Shown: positions 43,724-55,195, numbered from the stretch's first letter. The stretch is DNA of 64,000 nucleotides from an uncultured Nitrososphaerales archaeon (GCA_963713605.1 CAVQMO010000003.1:1-64000); one strand, 5' to 3'. Program-made: numbers and translations. Notes: generated from the sequence alone by a model not told the origin.

Positions 43724-45007
43724 CTACTCTGTCCTTCCATGTATATCACGCAAGGCTTGGCCAGTTAGTTTCGAACTAACCACAACGCCTAGAATGCCTG
43801 CAGCCATTGATGAGACAACCAATAGAGGATATATCTCATCAATCATTTCAAAGTATATTGAAGCGGTAACACTTGGCCATACTGGTTGCGGATTAATAGA
43901 AACTTCATTGTATGTATGAGTAATTAAAGGAAAGTATAGCATAAAGAACGTTAGTCCCAATACGATTCCTACTAATACATTCACGATCTTTTTTCGTGTT
44001 TGTGAAAGTGACATTGATGATGATATTCCTAAAGCTGGTAATGAAAGTAACGAGTCAATAACTACGATAGGAATCACATTTAATAAGTAAAATGGAATAG
44101 TAGGTACAAGGTTTTCATTCGGAAGTATTGTCGTAACTAGATTGATAAAAATAAAGATCATTCCAGTAGCGGATAGCACACCAAACTTCTTTGTTATTTC
44201 CCATGAAGTGAATAATATAAAAGATACAAGAAATGGAAAACATAGAGTTGCAATCAATCCAGCTAAAATAGGATTTGGATTAAATTTGAAAAAATCAGTA
44301 TCGGAAAATGGAAGGGAAACCATATGAATTATGCCAGAAACCGTAATCCAAATTGCTGTAATTGAAATTATTACGTACAACGAAGATCCTTTATTATACG
44401 TAATAGTATTGTTAGAACTTGTGTTTTTCAATTCAACCATAGAATACCTATCTTCATTATTCATTGTCTCTATGTCTGTCTTCGTTCTCAATTTGCCATC
44501 GTAGTTATTTTTTGAAATCAATCCAAGGAAGGCACCGATACTACATAAAACCATTCCTATTGTAAGCACTGCGTGTGGTGGACTCAACAAACCATCAAGA
44601 CCAAAAGCTGTATGCCAAGCAAAATCTAATGGACCCGCCAAAATCAACATAACAATTCCTACGAGTACTAGTCTTAAGTAAGTCGGAAAAGATTTTCTAT
44701 TATTATTGTCAGGTATTTTACTACTATGTCGGTGATACCGATATGTCATCAATGATCCAAATAAGATCAATACTACACCAGAGTATAGCCCAGCATGAGG
44801 TGGAGAGAAAAATGTTTCAGGTCTATTCAAAAGGTGGTTAGTGATGTCCCAACTGCCTGAACTTGCAGTCAATAAAATGCCCAAACTCACAATGGTTAGG
44901 GGAATTGCAGGATCCGTTTCAATGCTATTTCTGAAACGACCTATGGATAATGATATGAAGACATTATTATTATCCCTGCCAAATGGAGATCTAAATGTTT
45001 TAGCCAT
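43724..45007 (-). CDS. Polytopic membrane protein with two D-x3-H-x12-H motifs
   Basis: WDITNHLLNRPETFFSPPH and LDFAWHTAFGLDGLLSPPH. Confidence 0.8.
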   Translation of the reverse strand: MAKTFRSPFGRDNNNVFISLSIGRFRNSIETDPAIPLTIVSLGILLTASSGSWDITNHLLNRPETFFSPPHAGLYSGVVLILFGSLMTYRYHRHSSKIPDNNNRKSFPTYLRLVLVGIVMLILAGPLDFAWHTAFGLDGLLSPPHAVLTIGMVLCSIGAFLGLISKNNYDGKLRTKTDIETMNNEDRYSMVELKNTSSNNTITYNKGSSLYVIISITAIWITVSGIIHMVSLPFSDTDFFKFNPNPILAGLIATLCFPFLVSFILFTSWEITKKFGVLSATGMIFIFINLVTTILPNENLVPTIPFYLLNVIPIVVIDSLLSLPALGISSSMSLSQTRKKIVNVLVGIVLGLTFFMLYFPLITHTYNEVSINPQPVWPSVTASIYFEMIDEIYPLLVVSSMAAGILGVVVSSKLTGQALRDIHGRTE

Positions 45008-45194
45008 TATTAGTCGTTTTACCCCATAATAATCAAGAATTTGGACTACTTATATTCATCTATTTCGAATAGTTTAAGTTTGGATTTCAAGACCTATCCT
45101 ATAAGTCAGATAATTCTTATACCCAAGGTATGCATCAACAGAAAGCTATCATATCACATTTATATTCGTCAATTACAGATATCTACATTTCGCC

Positions 45195-45581
45195 TTATTT
45201 ATGTTCAATCATTTGTTGAATATCCTCTTTAAATCTCTTTATTAACGTGGATAACGACTTTTGAATTTCTTTTAGTCTGTGTTCTGTAGCTCTTTCTATT
45301 ATATCGATACTCGTTGCCCGATAGGTATGATATTGACCACCGCTTCTTAAGTTTCTACTTTCTTTCACGCAAAAACTGATACTAACCAACTTTTGTAATG
45401 ATCTAAATATCGTTCCTTTGTCCTTTCCTAACTGCTTAGAAATTATTTCTAATGTGAGAGGTTCTTTAGATCTAAGCAATGCAACCAATATATCCAAATC
45501 TGAAGGTGATAAATTATAAAGACATTCTAACAAGTTTTTGCATGTACAATCAGTATCCATAAAGAGATTAATAGATCTCAT
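45195..45581 (-). CDS. TrmB-like HTH regulator (COG3355-like) with N-terminal Cys residues
   Basis: CTC..ECLYNLS..LGKDKGTIFRSLQKLV..GGQYHTY. Confidence 0.8.
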   Translation of the reverse strand: MRSINLFMDTDCTCKNLLECLYNLSPSDLDILVALLRSKEPLTLEIISKQLGKDKGTIFRSLQKLVSISFCVKESRNLRSGGQYHTYRATSIDIIERATEHRLKEIQKSLSTLIKRFKEDIQQMIEHK

Positions 45582-45640
45582 TTATACATCCCATTCCATT
45601 ACCATGATTCACATAATTGTTAGTAAAAGTGTAATAAAAG

Positions 45641-45665
45641 GGTTTTGTACATATTTGGCAAAACC
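45641..45665. promoter_or_regulatory. Inverted repeat GGTTTTG-N11-CAAAACC between divergent genes
   Basis: Perfect 7-bp arms flanked by AT-rich boxes. Confidence 0.5.
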
Positions 45666-45703
45666 GTAATACTTAATAACCGGATTCAAGTTATATTTTA
45701 TGG

Positions 45704-46225
45704 GTGAATATTCGGATCATGAGATATTTTAGTAATAGTATTAGTGACAGAACTAGTGGACATGATGAAGAACTAGAAAGGATAATCCAACGAAAGATGA
45801 ATGAATTCTCTCTTCGAACAAAGAAAAATGATAACATCGAGGGTAATCAGTCAACCACCACTACTCCCATTACTTTAACAGATCAAAATTTCAATGAGAT
45901 GGTTGGTAGGTACCCTTTGCTAATTGTTGACTTCTGGGCTCCATGGTGTGGACCATGCAAAATGGTCTCTCCTGTAATAACGGAACTCTCTCAGGAACTT
46001 GCTGGAAAAGCGGTATTTGGCAAACTTAACGTAGATGAGAATCCAGTGATAGCAAGTACATTTGGTATACAAAGCATTCCTACGATTGCAATATTTAGGA
46101 ATGGAAAAGCAGTAGACGGGATTATAGGAGCTGCTTCTAAATCACATATTATGTCCAAGCTCTCCACGCATATAAATAACAATTCTTCAACTGACATCAA
46201 CTCTTCAAGTTCTGGGATATATTAG
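45704..46225 (+). CDS. trxA: Thioredoxin with archaeal N-terminal extension
   Basis: VDFWAPWCGPC, IQSIPT, DEELERI. Confidence 0.93.
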   Translation: MNIRIMRYFSNSISDRTSGHDEELERIIQRKMNEFSLRTKKNDNIEGNQSTTTTPITLTDQNFNEMVGRYPLLIVDFWAPWCGPCKMVSPVITELSQELAGKAVFGKLNVDENPVIASTFGIQSIPTIAIFRNGKAVDGIIGAASKSHIMSKLSTHINNNSSTDINSSSSGIY

Positions 46226-46301
46226 GTATGTATATCCCCAACTTCTTTCCACTTTCCTTTGATTTTATTGTCGTGGCATGTAACTACGATATATGACTTG
46301 T

Positions 46302-47256
46302 TCAGGATCTGTGTTTATGTAGATGTTCACCTTCATGAATATGAGGATGCGAATGTCTGATAAATTTTTCATGTGAATGTGTTTGATACAACCTACGAAT
46401 AAATGCATATAGTGAACTCCCACCGAACGCAGCAGTTCCGAATAATACTATTGTAGCACCCGATGCAGAATCAAGGAAATAACTAGAGTACATACCTAGA
46501 AATGCAGTCAAAATCCCTATAATAGTCGAGGCAACAACCATTTTCATAAAGTTATTCGTAAGCATCCTAGCAGAAATGGCAGGAGCAACAATAGCAGCAG
46601 CTATCAAAGTTACTCCTACGCTACTCATCGATGCTATCACAACGGCCGCAAGAATTAGTGAGAAGATCAATTCTACTAAGTCTGTTCGGTACTCCATATA
46701 CTTTGGCTGTTTCCTTATCGAATAAAGTAAAAAGCAACCTTTTCTGATAGAAGAATATAAAGAATGCAGTTACACATGTTACTAGCACGATAACAGCTAG
46801 GTCCTGATCTGTTATTCCAAGGATATTGCCAAATAAAAGTGCTTCAAAATTCCTAGTATAGCTTCTTGTCATGCTAATCAATAGTACACCAATTGCAAAC
46901 CCTGCAGTTGTGACTACCCCTATTGCTGCATCTGCCTTTATCTTATTTCTTTTGGTTATCTCATTGATCAGATATGCAGAAACAAAACCCCAAACTGCGG
47001 CTCCCAGATAGAAATTAAAACCAGCAATATAGCTAACAACTGCCCCACCAAATACCGCATGAGACATTCCATGACCTATGTAACTCATTCCTCTCAATAC
47101 TATGTACACACCCATTAATCCGCACACTCCTCCTACCAGAATAGACACTAGTATTGCATTCGTAAAGAATTCGTAGGTGAATGGCTCAAGAAGCGATTCT
47201 AAAAATAGTAATATTGTTGTGTGAAATGGCAATACCGACAATAATAATGGAATCAA
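46302..47256 (-). CDS. Zn/Mn ABC transporter permease (one frameshift, probably a sequencing error)
   Basis: LRGMSYIGHGMSH, LLFGNIL, His-rich tail; extra base at 46688 beside GTAC. Confidence 0.9.
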
Positions 47257-47319
47257 ATTATTGAATCTCTCCCTCTTGACATTTTTTATCCACTTTTTCC
47301 TTCTCCTCTACCTATTGAT

Positions 47320-48237
47320 TCAAATTTCATCATCATCATTTTTTATTTTCAAACGGTCTCGGGTAGGAGGAACGTGTTCAGTAGAAATTGTGAAGGAATC
47401 AGTGTTATCAGTGTTACCAGTGTTACCATTAGAAATATTGTCATTAGAAATAATACTATCATTGTAATCTGCTAAACCATATGTTCTCAATAAGTTATCT
47501 TTAGTCAATATCTTTAAGGGATCACCTTCTGCGATTACTTTTTTATTCAAACATATGACCCAAGGGAGCCGTTTTCCAATCCCGCCGAGATCATGAGTAG
47601 TCATTATTATTGTCATGTCTAGGTCATGATTTAATGAACGCAAGATCTCCATTATCTTTTCCCGAGTATTATAATCGACTCCAGAGATGGGTTCATCTAA
47701 TACCAATATGGTAGGTTTTCGAATCAATGCTCTTGCAAGAAAAACCCTTTGCTGCTCTCCTCCAGAAAGCTCTCGAATCTGTCTATTCTTGAACTCTGAA
47801 TCATATATGCCGAGATCGTCTAATATTATTCCCACCATTACATCGACGTCCTTTGAGAACCACGGTGCAACACCTGATCTATTCCAGATTCCCATCCCAA
47901 TAACTTCTTTCACAGTAACAGGAAAGTTCCAATCAATACTTTCTACTTGTGGAACAAAGCCTATACTCTTTGAAGAATATACATATGAATCGGTGCTATT
48001 ATTACCCAAAAATCTTATCGTTCCCTTCCATGGTTTCTGTAAACCAATAATTATTTTCAGAAGGGTGGACTTTCCAGAACCACTAGGTCCAAGCAGGCCT
48101 ACGAACCTTCCTTTCGGAATCTTAATACTTACGTTTTCTAATACTGGTTTGTGTGGTACATATCCAAATGTGACGTCATTTACTTCGAGTAGATTACCTA
48201 AGGCTGTGTCGCTACTATCAGTCTTGATTTTGTTCAT
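47320..48237 (-). CDS. Zn/Mn ABC transporter ATPase
   Basis: GPSGSGKST, LSGGEQQR, LDEP, THDL. Confidence 0.93.
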   Translation of the reverse strand: MNKIKTDSSDTALGNLLEVNDVTFGYVPHKPVLENVSIKIPKGRFVGLLGPSGSGKSTLLKIIIGLQKPWKGTIRFLGNNSTDSYVYSSKSIGFVPQVESIDWNFPVTVKEVIGMGIWNRSGVAPWFSKDVDVMVGIILDDLGIYDSEFKNRQIRELSGGEQQRVFLARALIRKPTILVLDEPISGVDYNTREKIMEILRSLNHDLDMTIIMTTHDLGGIGKRLPWVICLNKKVIAEGDPLKILTKDNLLRTYGLADYNDSIISNDNISNGNTGNTDNTDSFTISTEHVPPTRDRLKIKNDDDEI

Positions 48238-48748
48238 ATTTATATAATACTATAGTTTTTGCGAGATTGCTGACGCGTCGTCGTAAGTCTGATTCTGAAC
48301 CTTTCTTTCGTTGTCTACTAAACATACCTCTGTTCCTGTTGTCCGTGCTCTTATTTTTCTTCCCTCCTTCCATATTATCGCATAAATATTCCTCGTACTC
48401 ATAGTCCCACCATTCTTCAAGCATCTCTATGGTTGAGTCAGTACGTAATTTCTGAGCAGTTGAATGAGAATTGTCAAATACTTCCACGGCGAACTTGATA
48501 GAGTTCTCGATCAAAATCCATGATCTGTTTATAAAAGAAGAGACATAGAAGTTCTTGTACCTATGCATTATCTTTCTTTCTAATGGGGCAGTTTGAATTC
48601 CCCACGATAAGTAACGGTAGAAATCATTGCGCATTTTCGTATTTTGGATTTCTGAACGTATAATGTGTCTCGCCGATATCGATGACTTCTGTTTATTTTT
48701 GCTCAGATCATTGTCATCTAAAAAAAAGATCCGAGTTATGTCAATCAT
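48218..48748 (-). CDS. Hypothetical protein inside the metal ABC operon
   Basis: 176-aa ORF overlapping the ATPase start. Confidence 0.55.
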   Translation of the reverse strand: MIDITRIFFLDDNDLSKNKQKSSISARHIIRSEIQNTKMRNDFYRYLSWGIQTAPLERKIMHRYKNFYVSSFINRSWILIENSIKFAVEVFDNSHSTAQKLRTDSTIEMLEEWWDYEYEEYLCDNMEGGKKNKSTDNRNRGMFSRQRKKGSESDLRRRVSNLAKTIVLYKYEQNQD

Positions 48749-48789
48749 CTCTATGCTATTCTATCTCCATCCATCTAATTCCCTTGTAG

Positions 48790-49902
48790 TCATCTTTCTA
48801 TATCGCTATTAGTTAGTGAGTAGGTATCGTCAGGAGTGATACTTGATAGTGCACTTACATTACCACCTAGTGGCACTAGCATATTCTTCATATTCTCCAA
48901 CATCATTCCAACATAGGAATTTTGAAGGTCGCCTGGATCGCCTGGTAAGTTATCATCACTAAGTGTACCAACTATCTGTACATTGGCTTCATTTGCAATT
49001 TGATCGACTACCTCAGCCGGGAATACCTCAGAACCAAATATCGCTGGTAGATTTTCGGCTTTTATTTGATCAATCAAATTAGCTACTTCTCTAGGTGTAG
49101 GTTGACCAAAGTCTGAAGGTTGAACTGCCCCTATGACTGCCATGCCATATCTAGGTGCAAAGTAAGCCCATGAATCATGATAAGTAAGAAGTTTTCGGTT
49201 TTGTTCCGGTACCGACTGTACAGCCTGCATTATTCCTTCATCGAGGTGCTTCAATTTTGCAATGTATCGATCTGTATTTCCTTTATAGTAATCTGCATTT
49301 GTGGGATCCTTTTCAATCAGCTTATCTCGAGTAAGATTGGCGAATTTCATCGCGTAGGGCACATTAAGCCATAAGTGGGGATTGGGATCACCTGCTTCCT
49401 TGGGGAAGCTAAAATCAAATACGTATTGATTAGGAGTAATAGTATTGTCTCCTAATTTCAAGATTTGAAGATTTGGTTTTGTATTGTGAGCTTCGTCAAC
49501 TACGTCTTCTATATTGGTCTCTAAGCCAAGTCCATTGATGATTACAAGATTTGCATCATTTACCTTAACAACATCTGATGGCACAATCTCAAATGTATGC
49601 GAATTGACACCCTCTGGAACTAGTCCAGTCAATTCTATCTTCTCCCCTCCCACATTTTTCACTATATTGGTTATCGGAGAAACAGAAGTGACAACATTTA
49701 ATTTCTTTGTTAAAGTTGCGGCCGTGGTATTTGTGCTATTGTTTGCAGCTACTCCTGCTGCTCCAGATTGATTTGTACCACCTGTGACGTTCATGGTACC
49801 AGTAGCAATCGCCTTTTGCACACCTAAAGATGCAGTGAAGACCGAACCTACAAGCATACTAACTATAAACAGAATTGGTACTGCAAATTTAAGATAGATC
49901 AT
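48790..49902 (-). CDS. Zn/Mn ABC substrate-binding protein (TroA/ZnuA family)
   Basis: NSHTFE, NPHLWL, YHDSWAYF, LSDD. Confidence 0.93.
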   Translation of the reverse strand: MIYLKFAVPILFIVSMLVGSVFTASLGVQKAIATGTMNVTGGTNQSGAAGVAANNSTNTTAATLTKKLNVVTSVSPITNIVKNVGGEKIELTGLVPEGVNSHTFEIVPSDVVKVNDANLVIINGLGLETNIEDVVDEAHNTKPNLQILKLGDNTITPNQYVFDFSFPKEAGDPNPHLWLNVPYAMKFANLTRDKLIEKDPTNADYYKGNTDRYIAKLKHLDEGIMQAVQSVPEQNRKLLTYHDSWAYFAPRYGMAVIGAVQPSDFGQPTPREVANLIDQIKAENLPAIFGSEVFPAEVVDQIANEANVQIVGTLSDDNLPGDPGDLQNSYVGMMLENMKNMLVPLGGNVSALSSITPDDTYSLTNSDIER

Positions 49903-49939
49903 TGAAGGAGGAAATGAAGATGAGGTATTAAAACTTTGT

Positions 49940-49952
49940 TTAGATCTCCTAA
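49940..49952. promoter_or_regulatory. DtxR/MntR-like box TTAGA-TCT-CCTAA
   Basis: Near-palindrome just upstream of the TATA box of the metal ABC operon. Confidence 0.5.
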
Positions 49953-50372
49953 CTTGTCATATTATTTTTTAAATTAGTCATATTTACTGTTGATGTAGGC
50001 TAGGTTTGATCTAATTTCGACTGACATTGATAAACCTAGTGATCAATACAAAAAATAAGGTATTTGGAAATAACGATGTAGATTATATTAATCGAGTAAT
50101 AAAAGTCTTCGACTTAGTCGGATGAATGTATTACAAGAATAGTAGGAAGTAATACAAAACCTGTCCTGCAGGTTGGGATCTCAGTAACTTAGAACATATC
50201 TGTATTTTGTTCGATCGTTAAGGTGGAAAAAATAAGGAAAAGTTACGGCTCATTTCACTATCGATAGTCGCTAGAAATTTAGCTGTTAATGATGTGTGAC
50301 CGTGACTTCCAGGCAGCAGAAATGGCATTTTATCTCAGCAGTTATAATTAATCTGTATCTTCTTTCCACCCG

Positions 50373-50413
50373 TTGGGGGAGGAATCCAAAGAGAAATCTT
50401 TGATTCCCCCCTA
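50373..50413 (+). ncRNA. Strong GAAA-loop hairpin, candidate small RNA
   Basis: GGGGGAGGAATCCAAAGA-GAAA-TCTTTGATTCCCCCC; TTATAATT ends 24 nt upstream. Confidence 0.4.
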
Positions 50414-50554
50414 ATATTATGCTTGATGTTTATTCAATCCAAAGTGTTCAGATGACCAAGGTTTATGAAACGCCCGATGCATTCCTGACTATAATTAGTG
50501 GGTTCTTCCATAAATATTAAAGCTAGAAGGTATCGATAAACAGATCAAAGCGCA

Positions 50555-52247
50555 ATGAAAGCATTATCCAAAACTTTCCTATGGGGTGTATCAACTTCTT
50601 CTTATCAAGTGGAAGGGGACATCATAAATAATGACTGGGATTTTTTTACACGATCACAACAAATTAACAAGAGAATCTCCACCATCTCAAAACCAAGTAT
50701 ATTCTATAAAGGAGGTATTCAGGTTGATTTACAGCCAGCAGGCGGAGCTGCTAAATTCTGGGATGTTAAATACTATAAAAGAGATTTTGATCTTGCGAGA
50801 AGTTTAGGGCTAAATGCTTTCAGAATAAGCATAGAGTGGGCACGTATCGAACCCGAGAAAGATCATTGGGATCAAGAGGCTATTGATCATTATAAGGAGA
50901 TGTTGGTAGCCATGAAAGAAAGAAATCTAATGCCAGTGGTTTCATTAAATCATGCCACACTCCCTTTATGGGTTCTGACTCCTCCCCAACAATTTCTAAG
51001 ACGAATGGGTCAAAATTTGCTGCCACACCCACTAAAGGATCTTCCACTCGGAGATCCCTCGCCGTCTGATCCTTATTGGAAATCTCTTAGAGGTTGGGAA
51101 AATGACGAAACTGTTGAAAGGTTCATCAGATACGTTGAACGAATAGTTTTAGAATTTAGTGAGCTAGTTGACTATTGGATAACAATAGGTGAACCTGTAG
51201 CCACATTAATTGGAGGCGGGTATATCTCTGGATTATGGCCACCTGGTTTTTTCCTTAAAGGGAAAAAAGCAAGGGTTGTATTGCACAATCTCATCGAAGC
51301 CCATGTTCAAGCATATAACAAGATCACTGCCCTTGACAATATCGACGCAGACAGAGATGGTTTTACAAATAAAGTTGGTTTTACTCATCTAATGATGGAA
51401 GTCATTCCAGCTGAACAAAGTAAGATATTCGGTATAACAATGAAAGATAATATTGAAGCTGCAAAGAATTTCAGTTATTTCGCAAATGATTACTTTATAA
51501 ACGCTGTCATTAAAGGGGAGGAAGATCTAAACTATCTGAACACACTTCAAAGAAGCAATAAGAATAGCGATGAATTTATTGTACATGAGGACTGGAAAAA
51601 CAAAGCTGACTTCATTGGTCTTGATTACTATCGCAGGCTTTATGTTTATTCTAATAAAATCGTCTCTTTAACCTCTGCAAAGTTTGTGGGGGGAGTTCCC
51701 CTAAACGATCTAAGTATGGCAAACAAACAGCCTCATAACATACTAAATACTCTCGGGTGGGAAATCTATCCCAAAGGATTGTATAATGTGATTATGAGAA
51801 TCGAAAATCAATGGAATGGCATACCGATTTTTATAACTGAGAATGGTATCGCTGATAAACATGATGGATATCGTGCTCCATTCATTGTGTCACATCTTCA
51901 ACAAGTTAGAAGAGCAATGGACGATGGTGCTCATATTATGGGTTATCTACATTGGTCTTTCATGGATAACTATGAATGGCTTGATAATTATAGACCTGAA
52001 GGAAAGTTTGGATTGTTTAGCATAGACTTTGAGGAGCAACATCATGGAGTTTTAGATCTTATGAGACAAAAAACTAAAGGTGCAGAAGCACTCGAAGAGA
52101 TCATCAAAGAATCATTTTCCCATAGCAAAGATGGAGTAATATCTGATTCTGCAATAGCTGGCAGCTCAGAATAAGTTTGGAACATTTACTGAAGACGGCT
52201 CACGAATAATTTATCCTTGGATGATAAAACGGAACAATGGACAATAG
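50555..52247 (+). CDS. Glycoside hydrolase family 1
   Basis: WGVSTSSYQVEG, RISIEWARI, TIGEP, ITENG, DNYEW; extra G at 52160 beside GCAGC shifts the last 30 or so codons. Confidence 0.92.
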
Positions 52248-53679
52248 CTGATAAGTTACACATAAAGAACCCGACATCGTTCTGAATTTAACTCTGAATG
52301 CAACGATGCAGCACTCTTTATTTCCTCTCTATGAATGCGAAATTATTGAATGAAAGAGTTCCTGAATCAATTTATATTCACTCATAGTTAAATATTAAAG
52401 CAATTTATGTTGGATCACTTGCAGGTGTTATGACATCTACCACGTCTACCAATATTTCCTCTGCAGGAATGCGGTACATGGTCCAAATTCCATCAGTCGC
52501 CGCTGCCTGAAATATGTCCTAAACTCGATAGCCTTATCTATAGTCTTGGTACATTTCATTAATGCATCCTTTGATGGACAACTGTATTCTATCTTTAGTT
52601 TCGTTCTACCTTACAACAACCGCTGACTTCTTTATGGTATGTTAGGCGAAAAAATTGTTGAGGTAAAGAGTCATAGGTCAGAGGGTAGTGGACGCTGAAA
52701 CCCCCGATATGGAAACAATCCTGCCGCAGAGTGGTAACATTAGGGGAATCCAGATAAATGAAATGGTGTCCTATGATGGAAGGCCTTGAGCCGTTTGCAA
52801 TTTCAAGTATCCATTTTGTGAATTCGGGGCTCTTAACTTAGTTCTGAAACGACCACTGACAGCTCCTTTTAGGTTATCACCGTGTTTAGGAGTTTCTACA
52901 GGTGGTGTAGATTTTGGGTGTCGACCAAATGCCCTGCGATAACGATCAAGTCCTGAAGAAAATATCTGTCTTAATATTTGTTTATCATGTTGACTGTGGG
53001 AAATGAAAACAGATGCTCTATCAAGACCATCTAGATCTTTCCTTTGCATATTCCCGCCCAATCTCAAAGGCATCTATAATAGCTTTTTTAAAGCGTGGCT
53101 GGGTCATATGTTCTTGGCTTTTTGCTTGAGAAAGCTGTCCACACATCTAGAACGTATCGCTCAGAAATTATCACTCCCATAGCTAGAACATTGGGTGCCT
53201 AATCCACCTATTTGATCCATGACTATGTACAGATTTGGCTTGTTGAATAGTCATGTTTGTAGGTATATAATTTGTTTGTATATAATGTACTATCCCCTGC
53301 TAGCATCACACGAACGCTAGAAATCGCTATGGCTTGTCCTATAAGTAAAATAGCAAGGAAAATTAGAATTATCCTCCCAGTACGTCTCCAATGATGCCAT
53401 CTAAACCTCCACCTTCGCCTTTACCTTGTTGACTGCCACCTCCACCACCCATAAAACCAGCCAGTAGAGATTGTATTCCTTGTGGATTACTTCTGGATTG
53501 TTCATCTAGCAAGTTTACCCCTTGTTGGGTATACTGCCTGGCTTGTTCTGGATCACAACCCGGTGACTGCTTCAGTGGCTAGGAAGAACTAGGATCACAA
53601 GGTAAATAATTGCATGCAAACTAGACTAATACCGATAAAGGAAAATGAAAAAAGGGAAATAAGAATTTGATATTTGGTG

Positions 53680-54159
53680 TTACTTGTTTTTGAGCTCTTT
53701 TGCTATACTATCTAGCCGTGCTTCAGTTGTCTGTTTGATACCATCCTTCGCAATCCCCTGACCGATGACAGGAATTCCTGACAAATCCATCTGCCAGATT
53801 ACATTGGCCATGGTTGTTCCACTGGCTTCTTCAGTCGGGCTCAAAGTAAGCAATTGTGTGCCTGTAAAAGGTCCTTTTGTAATATTTGTCAGTACTTCAA
53901 ACTGCTCTGGATTTACAGTTACAAATTGATGAGTTTTCTTGTCTCCTTGCGAGCCCGCGGTAATTGTAACCTCCTATTTGTTGTATTATCTGTCACGTTA
54001 ATGTTCTTGATAGCTTTAAATGTAGGCCAGTATGTTGTAGTCTATATCCTAAACAATATTCCAAACCGTATCTATAGGAGCAAATATTTCTCGATCGACC
54101 TTAACTTCTTCTAAAGTTTTGCCTTTTACCAGAGGTGTTTGCCATATTACTTCTGCCAT
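53680..54159 (-). pseudogene. SRPBCC/START family gene, decayed
   Basis: REIFAPIDTVWNIV*DID..KGPFTG..W; stop and frameshifts. Confidence 0.65.
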
Positions 54160-54425
54160 AAGAACCGTAGTCATCATTATCGATACTTATAAAATGGCTA
54201 CTATTCTGATCTCATATGTTTTTGTATTAGTAACATTCTTCATTGTACGGAAAAAGGGTTCGTTTTTCTTTATAATGCTTATTTACTTATGATACGTAAT
54301 TTAGTTACCTGTAGTATCTAGGAGCTCAGTAACGGAAAAACAACTGCCTAAGATATCAGTAGCTGGTCCATCATCACTTTCAGCATATTGAAAAACGGGT
54401 CTCGAAAATAATTATGCAGTAACAC

Positions 54426-55185
54426 CTACAATACTGTCTTTTCTGATCCATTCCAAACATAACCAAAGAGGTCCTGACACCACTTACGAAAAGAAATGCT
54501 GCCTACTTATAAAACCACTGTTGAAATCGAGATTACCTTTTAGATCAGGCAGAAGTACACCAGCTACTTTTTCATTTATTGCAATTCCTGCTATGATCTG
54601 CTGTGAAAATCCAATCTCAATTCTTGCGTGCACATTTTTAGCAACAGAACGAAGGCCTTCCCAATCAATTTTACTACCTGTTGAAAATATTATTCGCCAT
54701 GTTAGGCGTCTATTTCTATTTCTTTCTGTATCAAAGACATCGATAAGAGAATGATCAGACATTAGCCAAACAAATTTGTCTGCTTCACGAATAACTTGGT
54801 GTGTAAAAGATAAGACTGAGCCAACCTTCGCATTGTATTGATGTTCTTGCAGTTCTCCTATTCTTTCAATGAATTCCTCGGGAAGTGAGGAAATATCATG
54901 CGTAAGGAGGTATTCCTTATTCTCTGATAAAAATTCTATTGAGGGAAGTAGCCTGGTAATAAGCTTACCAAGTGTGGTAAGTGTATAATATCCATTAGAT
55001 GGATCCTTCTCTATAAAGTTCTGCTCTCTTAGCCTGACTACATGTTTTGAGGCCTCTTGCATTGAAGAATCCAATTTTTGGGCAATATCAGTCAATCGAT
55101 ACTCCTTTTCTTCTCTCAAACAGGATAACACTTGTAATCTATCTGTGCTAGCCAGAACAAAAAGCAATTCTGCAAGGGATTCCAA
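54426..55185 (-). CDS. ArsR-like wHTH regulator with FilR1/DUF1724-like C-terminal region
   Basis: ELLFVLASTDRL, YYTLTTLG, THDISSLPEEFIERIGEL; removing the base at 54503 beside GCTGC gives FRKWCQDLFGYVW. Confidence 0.8.
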
Positions 55186-55195
55186 CTTTAAACCC

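Noticed and set aside
47687..48247. 186-aa + strand ORF and similar antisense ORFs in the track
   Set aside because: Shadows of well-supported genes on the opposite strand
52400..53600. Degraded minus-strand coding-like sequence including ORF 52771..53073
   Set aside because: Many stops; family not identifiable
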